UHGV virus genome: UHGV-0294963
Reading direction: 5' to 3' (one strand)
Length of the DNA stretch: 64,000 nt
Source: a virus
The notes under the pieces are model-generated. The model was given only the letters and a program-made list of their open reading frames with translations, searched no databases and was not told the DNA's origin. The translations under genes were made by a program, and so were the position numbers. Position 1 is the first letter of the stretch; each line of letters opens with the position of its first letter. This document shows positions 19,766 through 28,753 of the stretch, piece after piece.

Positions 19766-20416
19766 TTAGTCCTCCCTTCTATTGGTTTGAGCATCAAGTA
19801 TACTCTGAATATTCATTGGCAAACTAAGCCACGAAAAGTCTAAAGCGGTATTCTTGGCTAAATCCACTTCCATAATATCACCGCCGAAATTCTTTATCGG
19901 TGGTGGGTATTGCCTAAGCAGCTCGGGCGTTCTGTTCTCGTCGAACAACACAACCACATGAGTGTGGCGTTCCATACAACCACGAATTCGACAGTTTCCA
20001 GTCAAGACTGTCGAGTTAGACTGAACCTTGTGCTTCTTGATACACCAACGAACTGTGGTATATCCAAGAGTTATAGCCGATTGTAGATACTCACGAGTTG
20101 CTTGGTTTATAATCGGATTGACTTTAAATCTGATGTCGAAACCCCATTGACGTAAACCTTTCAAGATTTCGTTGGTTCGTAGGAATGCGTCATCATCATA
20201 GTCAACGATTGTACCTGAAGCAGACGTAAAAGCCGCAAATACTACACCGAAAGCGGGATGAACCACCTGAATTCTTGCACCCTCAAGAACGTGCGAATTC
20301 ACGAACTGAGTGTATCTAATTTTCAGTGACTTATCAATATTGCTAACGCAATTTGTTGCTTGTCTCCAATTATCGATAGCATAGTATCTTGGCTTGAAGT
20401 CGTCCATGGTTATCAC
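19766..20416 (-). CDS. hypothetical protein
   Basis: 216 aa ORF. Confidence 0.45.
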   Translation of the reverse strand: MITMDDFKPRYYAIDNWRQATNCVSNIDKSLKIRYTQFVNSHVLEGARIQVVHPAFGVVFAAFTSASGTIVDYDDDAFLRTNEILKGLRQWGFDIRFKVNPIINQATREYLQSAITLGYTTVRWCIKKHKVQSNSTVLTGNCRIRGCMERHTHVVVLFDENRTPELLRQYPPPIKNFGGDIMEVDLAKNTALDFSWLSLPMNIQSILDAQTNRRED

Positions 20417-20691
20417 TCCTTGGGAGCGTAGGAACCATCAATCTGAAGATTATGGAATCCTCCTGTAGTTTTGATAGGCACACCAACCCAGGTACCCTGA
20501 TTTTCATCCCAGAATACCAAGAGAGTGCCATTCGGTGCGAGTACAGTAAATGCAGTACCGAGTTTACGAACCTGTTTATAGTCAGGATTGTCTTTGAGAA
20601 TTTTCTCAATTTCAACCTCTGATTTGCCGGAAAGGTCTTTGGTCTGAATTGTACCATCGCAATTCAGGTTGTTCAGCTTGACGTTAATCAT
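20413..20691 (-). CDS. hypothetical protein
   Basis: 92 aa. Preferred over the overlapping frame 20370..20657. Confidence 0.45.
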   Translation of the reverse strand: MINVKLNNLNCDGTIQTKDLSGKSEVEIEKILKDNPDYKQVRKLGTAFTVLAPNGTLLVFWDENQGTWVGVPIKTTGGFHNLQIDGSYAPKE

Positions 20692-21106
20692 TGTCAGTTT
20701 CCTCCTCTGTGAATGTCGTTGGTAGTGTAAACTCTGTCTTAGGAGTTACAAAGGTCAAGGAATTGAAGTCTTTGAGGAATAGACTCCTAACCTTACCCGC
20801 TGGGATAGATTCTAGATACCAGCCATTTATAGGCGGGTTATCGTCGACTGAATACCAACCCTTGCATACCCGCCAACGCTGAATAGTTTGATTGTCTAGA
20901 TAAATTTCATCACCAACCGTGAGTGACTGGTCGAGGTCAGGCACATACAGAAAATCTCTGTCGGTTATCAGCGTAATCTGGTCACCTGGATAATCATTAC
21001 CGTCGACATCAGATACCTGAGCCACAACGGTATTCAGGACAGATACGCTGGTTATGTCAATCTGAGTACCAGTGTTCTCGTCGACACCATATAGAACATT
21101 CTTCAT
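20684..21106 (-). CDS. hypothetical protein
   Basis: 140 aa ORF. Confidence 0.45.
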   Translation of the reverse strand: MKNVLYGVDENTGTQIDITSVSVLNTVVAQVSDVDGNDYPGDQITLITDRDFLYVPDLDQSLTVGDEIYLDNQTIQRWRVCKGWYSVDDNPPINGWYLESIPAGKVRSLFLKDFNSLTFVTPKTEFTLPTTFTEEETDND

Positions 21107-21135
21107 GGTATCCTCCTTTCAGAGTTATTTCTGAC

Positions 21136-21345
21136 CTAGTCTTGTGCTCTGAACGGATTAGCAAACTCAGAACCATTCAGCGAGATTGTATTATCAGGAT
21201 TTAACCTGTCTGCTGCAAATGTCAAGCGTCTGTAGTCTTTGAGCAGTCGAGCAGTTTGCTCTAGGTCGTCTTTAGATACAATAGCATAATCGTCTTGGTT
21301 CGCTTTCACCTCGAATGAGGAAATCAACTGATTAAGATTCTTCAT
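21136..21345 (-). CDS. hypothetical small protein
   Basis: 69 aa ORF. Confidence 0.4.
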   Translation of the reverse strand: MKNLNQLISSFEVKANQDDYAIVSKDDLEQTARLLKDYRRLTFAADRLNPDNTISLNGSEFANPFRAQD

Positions 21346-21438
21346 CGATTATCACTTCCTTTCGGTATATTCATATTATACACGAAAGTGCCTAGAGACA
21401 TCGAAGATATGCTATTTAATCTAATATACAGAAATAAA

Positions 21439-22638
21439 TCAATTATAGGTAATGCCGGTTAAGTTCGGGTACTTCGCGTGAACCGCTTCATACTGAGCTT
21501 GACCACCTACCCAGATGGTGCAAGCGTTCGGCACACCTGTAAATATATCAGGTTGGTCGATTATCGGTGTGTCATTAACCACCTTGGTGAAGTCGATTGA
21601 TGATACATCGATGTAGTTAAGACTGGTGCAATTCTTGAATAAACCTTCCGCGGTATCTATCTTATCTAGACAGCAAGAGCCTAAATCAATTCGCTCTAGG
21701 ACTGAATCATCTGCGAACATATAGCTGATATCAGTTGCGCTATGCGTATCAAGTAACGGTAGTCCTGTAATATCTTGTAGCAAGCTGTTAGCAGCTAACG
21801 CATAACTAAAGGTTGTCACGTTACCCGTATAAACGTGTTCAAGATTTAACCTCGTAGCACGCTGTTGATAAAACAGGTGTGACGCGGTGGTAAAATCAGT
21901 AGCATCAGTTACCGTCCAAATCTCACAATCTTTATACCAGGTATCAGCAGGAACTGCTCGAACTGAACCGATATCTGCATAGTAGGTTGTCTGTGGGGTA
22001 ACAGCACTGGCTGAGGAATATCCTGCAATACGATATGGTTGAGGAAAATCAGAGTTATAAGCTGACTCTAATTTCTTCAACCTAGCCAGTACACCACCAG
22101 GTACTACCCCTGCTTGGTATTCTTGTGCTATCGGAATTAAGCCCGTCATAGTTATCCTAGCATTGGTAACCGGATTAACAGCAGTCATCTGTGTGACTAC
22201 CTCGTCGTAATTAGCTTGATATCCGATACCTATGCCATAATACCGATTAAGTGGAATAGCTAAATCTATCTTATTTAGAATTCTGTAACGAATTCTAAAG
22301 GTAGACGAAGGTCGAGTAGCAGTATACAGATATAACTTCCCGTTTACCGTTTCGACAGCGGTGATACTCTCGAATGCTTGATATTGAGCTTGACGCTCAG
22401 CTTGTGTAGCATTATATGAGTAAATCAGTTGAATTACTGGAACTGTATCTTCCTTGATATTATAGTAGGGCGTTTCCCATCTATATTGCGTACCATAGAT
22501 ATACCAATCTGAATTTACGACATTGGCATATATAGGGTCTCCTGTCTGATGATATGAAGGGTAAACGTTGATAAAATCATCTACATCAGTGAATACCAAC
22601 TCTACTGTAGGTGATACCTGACTAACCTTAAATAGCAT
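21439..22638 (-). CDS. leucine-rich repeat (BspA-type) protein, receptor-binding/tail fibre candidate
   Basis: 399 aa with RBS AAGGAGGTC. The C-terminal half has LRR-like repeats (LxxIDLxxCxLxxIxxAEGLFxNCTSLNYIDVSSIDFT) typical of BspA-family cell-surface proteins. Confidence 0.55.
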   Translation of the reverse strand: MLFKVSQVSPTVELVFTDVDDFINVYPSYHQTGDPIYANVVNSDWYIYGTQYRWETPYYNIKEDTVPVIQLIYSYNATQAERQAQYQAFESITAVETVNGKLYLYTATRPSSTFRIRYRILNKIDLAIPLNRYYGIGIGYQANYDEVVTQMTAVNPVTNARITMTGLIPIAQEYQAGVVPGGVLARLKKLESAYNSDFPQPYRIAGYSSASAVTPQTTYYADIGSVRAVPADTWYKDCEIWTVTDATDFTTASHLFYQQRATRLNLEHVYTGNVTTFSYALAANSLLQDITGLPLLDTHSATDISYMFADDSVLERIDLGSCCLDKIDTAEGLFKNCTSLNYIDVSSIDFTKVVNDTPIIDQPDIFTGVPNACTIWVGGQAQYEAVHAKYPNLTGITYN

Positions 22639-22675
22639 ACTATCTGACCTCCTTATTAGGTTTGATTTTTGCGTA

Positions 22676-22736
22676 AATGCAGGGTAGTGCGGTGTACATT
22701 ATATTATATTAAACCACTGCATTTAAGTGGCATCGG
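22676..22736. repeat. family C-like inverted repeat (GCGTAAATGCAG ... CTGCATTTAAGTGGC) around a TATAAT-rich core
   Basis: Arms flank tacattatattatattaaacc. It lies upstream (in - direction) of the LRR gene and is a candidate promoter/operator. Confidence 0.4.
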
Positions 22737-22737
22737 T

Positions 22738-22769
22738 TATAAAATAGGGCGGTTCAACCGAACCGCCCT
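22738..22769 (-). terminator. rho-independent terminator for - strand
   Basis: 10 bp GC-rich stem AGGGCGGTTC/GAACCGCCCT followed on the - strand by ATTTTATAA. It follows the stop of 22832..23230. Confidence 0.7.
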
Positions 22770-22831
22770 ACCTTCAATCGAGTTTGAAATATTTGCTAAG
22801 AATTTTCCGCTTAGCCGGAGTTACCACGTGA

Positions 22832-23230
22832 TTACTGGAAGAAGTCACCAGAATCTTCACCAGCTGCAGTTTCACCCATGTCGTCGTCCCCGGATTCAGT
22901 TTCGCCGGTTCCTTCACTTTCTGATTCTTCTGCAGTTTCTTCTGTCGGTTCTTCGAATTGCTCATCGCCAATCACTTCAGGTTTTTGAGAAGTGACATCC
23001 AGCACTGCAACCTGGACAAAATCTGCAGGATACATATCAGAATCTGTAAGCTGGATTTTCTTGGATTTCGGATTATAAAGTAGAACAGCTTTCTTAAGGT
23101 CAAGCGAACTTCCGTCTTCCAATGCGATGATAGAACCTACATCTTGCATGAACTGCTCATCAACCTCACTATCATATTGACTGGGGCTAACGTTAGCAGA
23201 AGCATTAACCTTGATGCGCCTCAAAGTCAC
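22832..23230 (-). CDS. hypothetical protein with extremely acidic C-terminus
   Basis: 132 aa. C-terminus is EEPTEETAEESESEGTGETESGDDDMGETAAGEDSGDFFQ. Confidence 0.45.
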   Translation of the reverse strand: MTLRRIKVNASANVSPSQYDSEVDEQFMQDVGSIIALEDGSSLDLKKAVLLYNPKSKKIQLTDSDMYPADFVQVAVLDVTSQKPEVIGDEQFEEPTEETAEESESEGTGETESGDDDMGETAAGEDSGDFFQ

Positions 23231-23583
23231 TCACCTCCTAGGTCACGAAGACCCGAATAATTATCAAGTTTATGAATTAAAGAAGCAGTCAACCTTTGAT
23301 ATTGATATCTACGGTTGTTTCTTATCTTTCTCCAGAAGTACTTACCTTTAGAGCCAGCTTTATATAAGCCTTTGGCTACATTCAGCGGTACGTCAAAGTA
23401 GGTATAGACAGAACCGTCTTTGAACCGAATCCAGAGCTGCTCCTTCTCAACCTTATAGACCATCCCGTCGATATTAGACGATTGAAAGTCGGTATACATC
23501 TTTTCTTGTTCACGCTCAGCACCGGGATGATTCTTGGTGAATGGGTTAGCCTGTGATTTAACCCTGCAGTTTAGTCTTAGCAC
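23227..23583 (-). CDS. hypothetical protein
   Basis: 118 aa ORF. Confidence 0.45.
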   Translation of the reverse strand: MLRLNCRVKSQANPFTKNHPGAEREQEKMYTDFQSSNIDGMVYKVEKEQLWIRFKDGSVYTYFDVPLNVAKGLYKAGSKGKYFWRKIRNNRRYQYQRLTASLIHKLDNYSGLRDLGGE

Positions 23584-24256
23584 CGTTACCCCTACTTCCT
23601 GTATAATCTAGTGACTCTAGGTCACCGTAGTGTATTGTCGTTGCTTCCTCGAATGTCAGATACTTCCAGACAAAATCATACGGACGAGCTACCGACGGTA
23701 TATTGCCCATATTATATATCTCGTCTTCCCAGAAGTAATCAAATGCGAATTGGTCATCTGGCGCTACATCCATCCAATGTAAGCAGCACTGTCTGATGCG
23801 TCGTTCTATCCGTTCCTTACTCTTTGGAGGTCTGGCACCTTGTACATCCGAAATGTGGTCTTGAAAATACCAAAGTACCCATTCTGCAGCAGCTTCAAAG
23901 GTAGGATATATCTGACGTAGATTACCCCACGGTGTGTACCTACCTATAGGGCGATTTGTAATACGTCGCATCGCTTCTTTATCTGCGTCTTTGTATATCT
24001 TCCAATGTTCATTCTTTAAGCCGAGTCTATCAGGAATAGCTGGTTCATTGCTGAAATCCCACTTCGTAACGTCGTACCTGTGAGTAAGGTCAGTTATACC
24101 TAAGAATTTCTGGCGATATACCTCATTACGAACACTGATAATGTGTCTGCGATATTTCTGATACGGAGTTAGATTAGAGAATCTCTCTCGACTCATCCAT
24201 CTAAGTTTCCACCGTATCTTATCCTTCTGAAGTGAATTCTGCATTAAGGGTTGCAT
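23558..24256 (-). CDS. hypothetical protein
   Basis: 232 aa ORF. Confidence 0.45.
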   Translation of the reverse strand: MQPLMQNSLQKDKIRWKLRWMSRERFSNLTPYQKYRRHIISVRNEVYRQKFLGITDLTHRYDVTKWDFSNEPAIPDRLGLKNEHWKIYKDADKEAMRRITNRPIGRYTPWGNLRQIYPTFEAAAEWVLWYFQDHISDVQGARPPKSKERIERRIRQCCLHWMDVAPDDQFAFDYFWEDEIYNMGNIPSVARPYDFVWKYLTFEEATTIHYGDLESLDYTGSRGNGAKTKLQG

Positions 24257-24579
24257 TAGCCTTCCTCCTTAAGGTCCTTACCAGGAATATGGTTGAGCTT
24301 CCGTCTATAACCATAAGCAGATTTGGTATCATCACAACCGTAGACTGCAAATTGAATTCTCTTGTATATGCTTTCGTCCTTCGCCTTTGTCTTTGTGTGG
24401 GATTTTACCCACTCGACAGCGTCCCACATATCGTGATATGTCTGCTTGACAACGCCGTCTTCTAGACGTTGAACGTGATACTCTAGAGTACCTTCAGAAA
24501 TACGCTCTTTAGCGTCTTCTGTGTGTTCATGATGGGCGAAGGTGGAGTTGAGAGAATTCTTAATAGGAATCCTTATCAT
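24256..24579 (-). CDS. hypothetical protein (start chosen at ATG 24579 with RBS)
   Basis: The longer ORF-table version (to 24690) would overlap the 784 aa gene. The internal ATG has RBS AGGTGGAG. N-terminus is MIRIPIKNSLNST. Confidence 0.35.
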   Translation of the reverse strand: MIRIPIKNSLNSTFAHHEHTEDAKERISEGTLEYHVQRLEDGVVKQTYHDMWDAVEWVKSHTKTKAKDESIYKRIQFAVYGCDDTKSAYGYRRKLNHIPGKDLKEEG

Positions 24580-24598
24580 ACAGCTCCACCTGCCTTTC

Positions 24599-26953
24599 TT
24601 ATTGTTCCGGGAATCTGAATTTGATATCCTTGTCGATTGCCGCTTTGCATTCATCAATTGTCTTGTAGATGTGTGGTGAGAACTTACCATAAGGACTTAC
24701 TGCAATATACCCTCCTGACTTCTCACCGCCGGTGATGAGATAATCCTTGTATCTCATAGCACCATCGTCGACGATACTATCATCCAGGTCTACCTCAGAA
24801 CTGTTCAGAGAATCATTATCAACTACAACAGCGAAGCCGTCTTCGAGAGGCTTTATACCAGAAAGCTGGATGCCGAACTCTGCAGCAATTGGCTCGATTT
24901 CGGTTGGCTCCATTCCACGAATGATAATCTTATAGCCTGAGCCTTCACCTTCCGTAGTAGGCACGGTGCTTACCTGCTTTGCTCCTTCTTTGATTTTCTC
25001 GACGAACAATTTTAATGCAGGATTGTCGTGTACCGAGCTATTCAGTTCAGACTTTCTAGAAGAATCCATCTTGACTTCGTCGTTCATGTCGCAGACGGTA
25101 GTCCAGATGCAACCAGGATACTCGACTTCAAATTGTTCTTGAATTGCTTCGTATAAATCCATGCCCTCAAGATTGTCACTGACTGTAATTACTGCCGGCT
25201 TCTCAATTTCATTGCCGTTCTCGTCCTCGTAGTACACCTGAAATTGTTTCTTAGGCTTGTTCACGTCAGCAGTACTCGGTTCGATTGAGCTATCTACACT
25301 CTGCTTTGTTGGAGTAACGTCACCTTCATGAGCGTCGAAAGAATCCCAGCCGTTCTGTACCAGTGTGGTCACGACGTGCTCTATGATATCATCTGCTTCT
25401 GATGCTTGCTCGTCAGAGCCGTCAAAGCCAATGCGAATCGTAGTCGAATCTGGTCGAGCAACCTGCTGAATAGTGATATCCAGATTTTTATCTCTCAATT
25501 CGTTCTCGATAATATTCTTAAGGTCGGACACTCTTTCCTGAGTGCGAGCGAAGTCCTGGGGAACCGTTACCTCACTGATAGCACAATTAAGAGAGCTGTC
25601 GATATCATCGAAATCCTCGGAGTCGAGAGGGTCATCATCTCCGAGGATAACGCGCATAATTTCGTCAACAATTAGCAAGTCTTCAGCGGCCTGTATAATG
25701 TCTACAAGAGCTTCATGCTCATCGACGCTTGCCAATAGCTCCTTTAGTGAACCTTCTACGTCGCCGAACATCTTTTCCTTGATTTGGTCATCGTAGTTAA
25801 GGTCTTCGATAGCCTCTACAATACCAACCAACATTTCATGTTCATCGACCTCTGCCGCAGCTTCCTTCAGCGAATTGGCGGATTCACAGTTCAGTTCATT
25901 CTTTTTTTTAGATGAGTCGAGGCTTTCATCACCTTCGCATACGCAGGGTTCCTGGCCGCACTCGGGGCAGACAGCATCAGTCGGAAGAGCTGCTTGAGCA
26001 GCATCAGCAATTACGACAAAACCTTCAGGAATTTCGTCGTCCTCTGTTTCCTTGACGAAGAGTGCGAGCTCATTGGTATCAGGATTCTGAACAATCTTGA
26101 TATCGTCGAGTGCAACCTCATTGCCAGACTCAGTGGTAATCATTGCAACTTCCTCAGAACCTTCACCGACAACATCTCCGCCATCAGTGTTTCCTTCAGG
26201 TTCTTCTGAAGAGTTCAGCGTAGTACTTCCTGTGGTCTTGTTAGTCCCTTTAGCAGAGTCGAGCTCCTCGGTTGCAGATTCCCAGTCGACAGATTTGGTT
26301 ACATCTGATGATTCTACTGCCTGGCGTGCCTTCTCTGCGTCTGCATCCGGGCAGTCGATTTTTACCTTAACGTCGGTATTGTTAACCTTCTCGAAGTCAA
26401 CCTTAGCACCAGGAACAGCTTTCTCGATTCTGCTTCTGAGCAGACGCTCTGTAGTATCATTATCAAGGTCGGCAAAATCATTATAGATAGTCACTGTGCC
26501 TAAAACCTTGGTGGAACCAACTTCGCAGTTAAGACTAGAATCAGCATTTGTCTTGTCGCAGGAGCCATTCATGTCATCCTTTGTGTACCACTTACCGTCT
26601 GTACGATACCAGAGCTGTTCTTTACCGTCCTTGACAGCCCAGAAATCACCGTCCAAACCTGCCTCTTCAGGAGATGCAAGACGAACAACCTGAGCGCCAG
26701 TCTCATTCTCGAAAGCTTCGAGATATTTCTTTGCTTCTTCTTCGCTAAGCCAATGACAGAGCTCCTGAAGTACAGATTCTCTTGAGCAGTTGAGCTTACG
26801 AATAGTTGCTAGACTTACGCTTGCGATAGCAGAAGTTCTACTCCTCGAACTATTTAGCTCTGTGTTGCGAGGGCGACGCTGCTTTGTCGTAGACTGAGTC
26901 TGAGTCTGAGTCTGAGCATTTGTCTTTGCAACCGGTTTAGTTACATTTACCAT
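24599..26953 (-). CDS. large highly acidic protein with eight LN[SC]x motifs at ~100 aa spacing (candidate protease-processed internal head/ejected polyprotein)
   Basis: 784 aa with RBS AAAGGAGTAATC. Composition is very D/E-rich. LNSS/LNCS/LNCE/LNCA motifs lie at residues ~31, 52, 143, 245, 345, 455, 640 and 725. There is an internal tandem repeat (AAAEVDEHEMLVGIVEAIEDL / LASVDEHEALVDIIQAAEDL). Confidence 0.6.
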   Translation of the reverse strand: MVNVTKPVAKTNAQTQTQTQSTTKQRRPRNTELNSSRSRTSAIASVSLATIRKLNCSRESVLQELCHWLSEEEAKKYLEAFENETGAQVVRLASPEEAGLDGDFWAVKDGKEQLWYRTDGKWYTKDDMNGSCDKTNADSSLNCEVGSTKVLGTVTIYNDFADLDNDTTERLLRSRIEKAVPGAKVDFEKVNNTDVKVKIDCPDADAEKARQAVESSDVTKSVDWESATEELDSAKGTNKTTGSTTLNSSEEPEGNTDGGDVVGEGSEEVAMITTESGNEVALDDIKIVQNPDTNELALFVKETEDDEIPEGFVVIADAAQAALPTDAVCPECGQEPCVCEGDESLDSSKKKNELNCESANSLKEAAAEVDEHEMLVGIVEAIEDLNYDDQIKEKMFGDVEGSLKELLASVDEHEALVDIIQAAEDLLIVDEIMRVILGDDDPLDSEDFDDIDSSLNCAISEVTVPQDFARTQERVSDLKNIIENELRDKNLDITIQQVARPDSTTIRIGFDGSDEQASEADDIIEHVVTTLVQNGWDSFDAHEGDVTPTKQSVDSSIEPSTADVNKPKKQFQVYYEDENGNEIEKPAVITVSDNLEGMDLYEAIQEQFEVEYPGCIWTTVCDMNDEVKMDSSRKSELNSSVHDNPALKLFVEKIKEGAKQVSTVPTTEGEGSGYKIIIRGMEPTEIEPIAAEFGIQLSGIKPLEDGFAVVVDNDSLNSSEVDLDDSIVDDGAMRYKDYLITGGEKSGGYIAVSPYGKFSPHIYKTIDECKAAIDKDIKFRFPEQ

Positions 26954-26992
26954 AGTGATTACTCCTTTCGGTTATTGAAGTAATAGTCTATC

Positions 26993-27014
26993 TCGAGATA
27001 TACTATTTCCAGAA
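26993..27014. other. perfect 9 bp hairpin CAGAAGCAT-TTCG-ATGCTTCTG between GIY-YIG gene and the 784 aa gene
   Basis: Inverted repeat seen directly. A TGTATAAT box lies next to it. Candidate attenuator, processing site or late-promoter region. Confidence 0.4.
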
Positions 27015-27055
27015 GCATTTCGATGCTTCTGTATGTTCTATTATACATAGGACTA

Positions 27056-27514
27056 TCAGGTTGTCTGTTTATATCCCGGATTCCATCCTTTCTGGATGTA
27101 AGTAGCGAACTGACACTCTGGTATGTGCTTGATTACTCCGTCTTTATTAACAACACGTCTATTCCTTCGAGCTTCTGCAAGTTTCGCATAGCTTCTCGGT
27201 GAATCTCGTTTGAATCGATTGAAACCGAAACGAATATTTGTAGTCTGATATTCTCTAATATATTGAGCTTCTAAATCACAAGCTAACTGAGCTGCGTTGG
27301 TCTGAGACTTAGGTACTGTAGCTAATATTTCGTACCTGAAGGAATCCCAACCAAATCTATTGATGGCTTTCCAGAAGCAGCTACAGTGCTTATACCCAGC
27401 ACCTCCGTTTCCTGCACGCTCAGCTTGCTGTGAACCGGTTTTACCGATATAACGCCTACCGTCTGGTGCGATATACGCATAAATCGTATAGCAGTCACCC
27501 TTAAGATATGCCAT
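27056..27514 (-). CDS. GIY-YIG homing endonuclease
   Basis: 152 aa with RBS AAAGGAGGTTAC. N-terminus is YTIYAYIAPDGRRYIGKTG (GIY-YIG motif). The basic C-terminal region looks like a DNA-binding domain. Confidence 0.7.
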   Translation of the reverse strand: MAYLKGDCYTIYAYIAPDGRRYIGKTGSQQAERAGNGGAGYKHCSCFWKAINRFGWDSFRYEILATVPKSQTNAAQLACDLEAQYIREYQTTNIRFGFNRFKRDSPRSYAKLAEARRNRRVVNKDGVIKHIPECQFATYIQKGWNPGYKQTT

Positions 27515-27524
27515 ATATGTAACC

Positions 27525-27580
27525 TCCTTTGTTGTTATCGTATCTATATTATAACATATTTCTGTTAACTCTACGAAGTT
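27525..27580 (-). promoter_or_regulatory. conserved early-type promoter element copy (AACTTCGT..TGTTATAATATAGATAC)
   Basis: + strand reads tcgtatctatattataacatatttctgttaactctacgaagtt. Upstream of the GIY-YIG gene. Confidence 0.55.
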
Positions 27581-27592
27581 ATAATAAAAACG

Positions 27593-27672
27593 GTTTTGCT
27601 TAAATGCTGTGACACTGCGTTATACTTTACACATACGCATATCGTGCATTTAAGCAAAACCGTAGTAGTTAC
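27593..27672. repeat. family C inverted repeat, 18 bp perfect arms ACGGTTTTGCTTAAATGC / GCATTTAAGCAAAACCGT with 39 bp spacer
   Basis: Seen directly, between the dut stop and the GIY-YIG promoter. Confidence 0.6.
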
Positions 27673-27687
27673 GGACTTTTCGTAGTT

Positions 27688-28128
27688 TTATACGCCGGTA
27701 GACCCAAAACCACCATCACCCCTGTCGGTGTCAGAGAGTTCATCCACTTCCTCAAAGTCGGCTCGAGTAATACCGAGAACGACGAGTTGAGCAATACGGT
27801 CTCCGTCCTTAATGTGCGCAGGGAACTGACCATGATTGATAAGCGGTACGATAATCTCGCCTCGATAGTCAGAATCAACCAGACCGATTGAGTTGATTAG
27901 AGTCACACCTTGCTTGGTTGCAAGACCAGAACGAGGAAATAGACAGAGAGCTACATCATTGTCCTCGGGTGCAGCACTGATTCCTGTAGATACTTTCTGA
28001 ATCTGACCTGGATTGATTACAAGCTCTCCTGCTGGAATATCTGCGTAGATATCATACCCAGCGGCTTGGGTAGAACCTTGAGTCGGGAGCGTAGCAGTTT
28101 CACTGAGTTTCTTGATACGAATTTTCAT
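27688..28128 (-). CDS. dut: dUTP pyrophosphatase (trimeric dUTPase)
   Basis: 146 aa. All conserved dUTPase motifs are present (AGYDI, PRSGLA, GLVDSDYRGE, RIAQLV, DRGDGGFGSTG). RBS is AAGGAGGAC. Confidence 0.95.
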   Translation of the reverse strand: MKIRIKKLSETATLPTQGSTQAAGYDIYADIPAGELVINPGQIQKVSTGISAAPEDNDVALCLFPRSGLATKQGVTLINSIGLVDSDYRGEIIVPLINHGQFPAHIKDGDRIAQLVVLGITRADFEEVDELSDTDRGDGGFGSTGV

Positions 28129-28142
28129 GTTAATAGTCCTCC

Positions 28143-28451
28143 TTAGATGTGTCTTTCAGAACGATACTTCTGCTTGATGTTCGGGTATTTTTCATGGTCT
28201 ACCTCAGACATGAACATATCGAGAGGACGGGCTGCAACGTCGACACCTTCGAGACAGGGAGGATTGTACAGCGGCTTATACAGCACCAGGATTTCACCAG
28301 TCTCTGTGTGCTTAGCAGTACCGATAAGTACGAACAGGTACTCGGTACTATTCTGGTCTTCCACGGTTTCACGTTTGAAATGGCGAATGACATCGCCAAC
28401 CTTAAATCTGTCTTTGAACATAATTCTTAAGCTCCTTTTGTTTAGTTTCAA
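28143..28451 (-). CDS. hypothetical protein
   Basis: 102 aa ORF. Confidence 0.4.
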   Translation of the reverse strand: MKLNKRSLRIMFKDRFKVGDVIRHFKRETVEDQNSTEYLFVLIGTAKHTETGEILVLYKPLYNPPCLEGVDVAARPLDMFMSEVDHEKYPNIKQKYRSERHI

Positions 28452-28686
28452 GATATTCTGAACGGGTTTTTGTCAAGTCCATCAATTCATTGAATAACAA
28501 GAACGTATCTAACTGGTCTCCGTCGAATTTAATGCTATATGGCTGACTGGTTATATCAGTAATCACGACTTCGATTGACTTAACCCGATTCGCACGTACA
28601 TCGAGCTCGCTTACTAGATTTACGAGCTTGTCCCATCCATCTTTATGCTCGGTTAGAACACCTAACATCCACTCCTCGTTCGTCAT
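28402..28686 (-). CDS. hypothetical protein
   Basis: 94 aa ORF. Confidence 0.4.
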   Translation of the reverse strand: MTNEEWMLGVLTEHKDGWDKLVNLVSELDVRANRVKSIEVVITDITSQPYSIKFDGDQLDTFLLFNELMDLTKTRSEYLETKQKELKNYVQRQI

Positions 28687-28708
28687 TCTAGACTCTTTTC
28701 TAAGGAAA

Positions 28709-28732
28709 TAGAAGCGTGCTTGAACACGCTTC
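28709..28732 (-). terminator. candidate terminator hairpin after ligase gene
   Basis: 9 bp stem AGAAGCGTG/CACGCTTCT with loop CTTGAA, followed on the - strand by ATTTCCTT, which is a weak T tract. Confidence 0.4.
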
Positions 28733-28753
28733 TATCTATTATAAATACCGGTA

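Noticed and set aside
20370-20657. 95 aa ORF in an alternative frame
   Set aside because: It overlaps 20413..20691 almost completely. That ORF has the more protein-like composition and fits the operon spacing.
28143-28451. DUF1653 assignment for the 102 aa protein
   Set aside because: It rests only on a vague memory of an FKHYKG-like motif (here IRHFKRET). That is insufficient to call.
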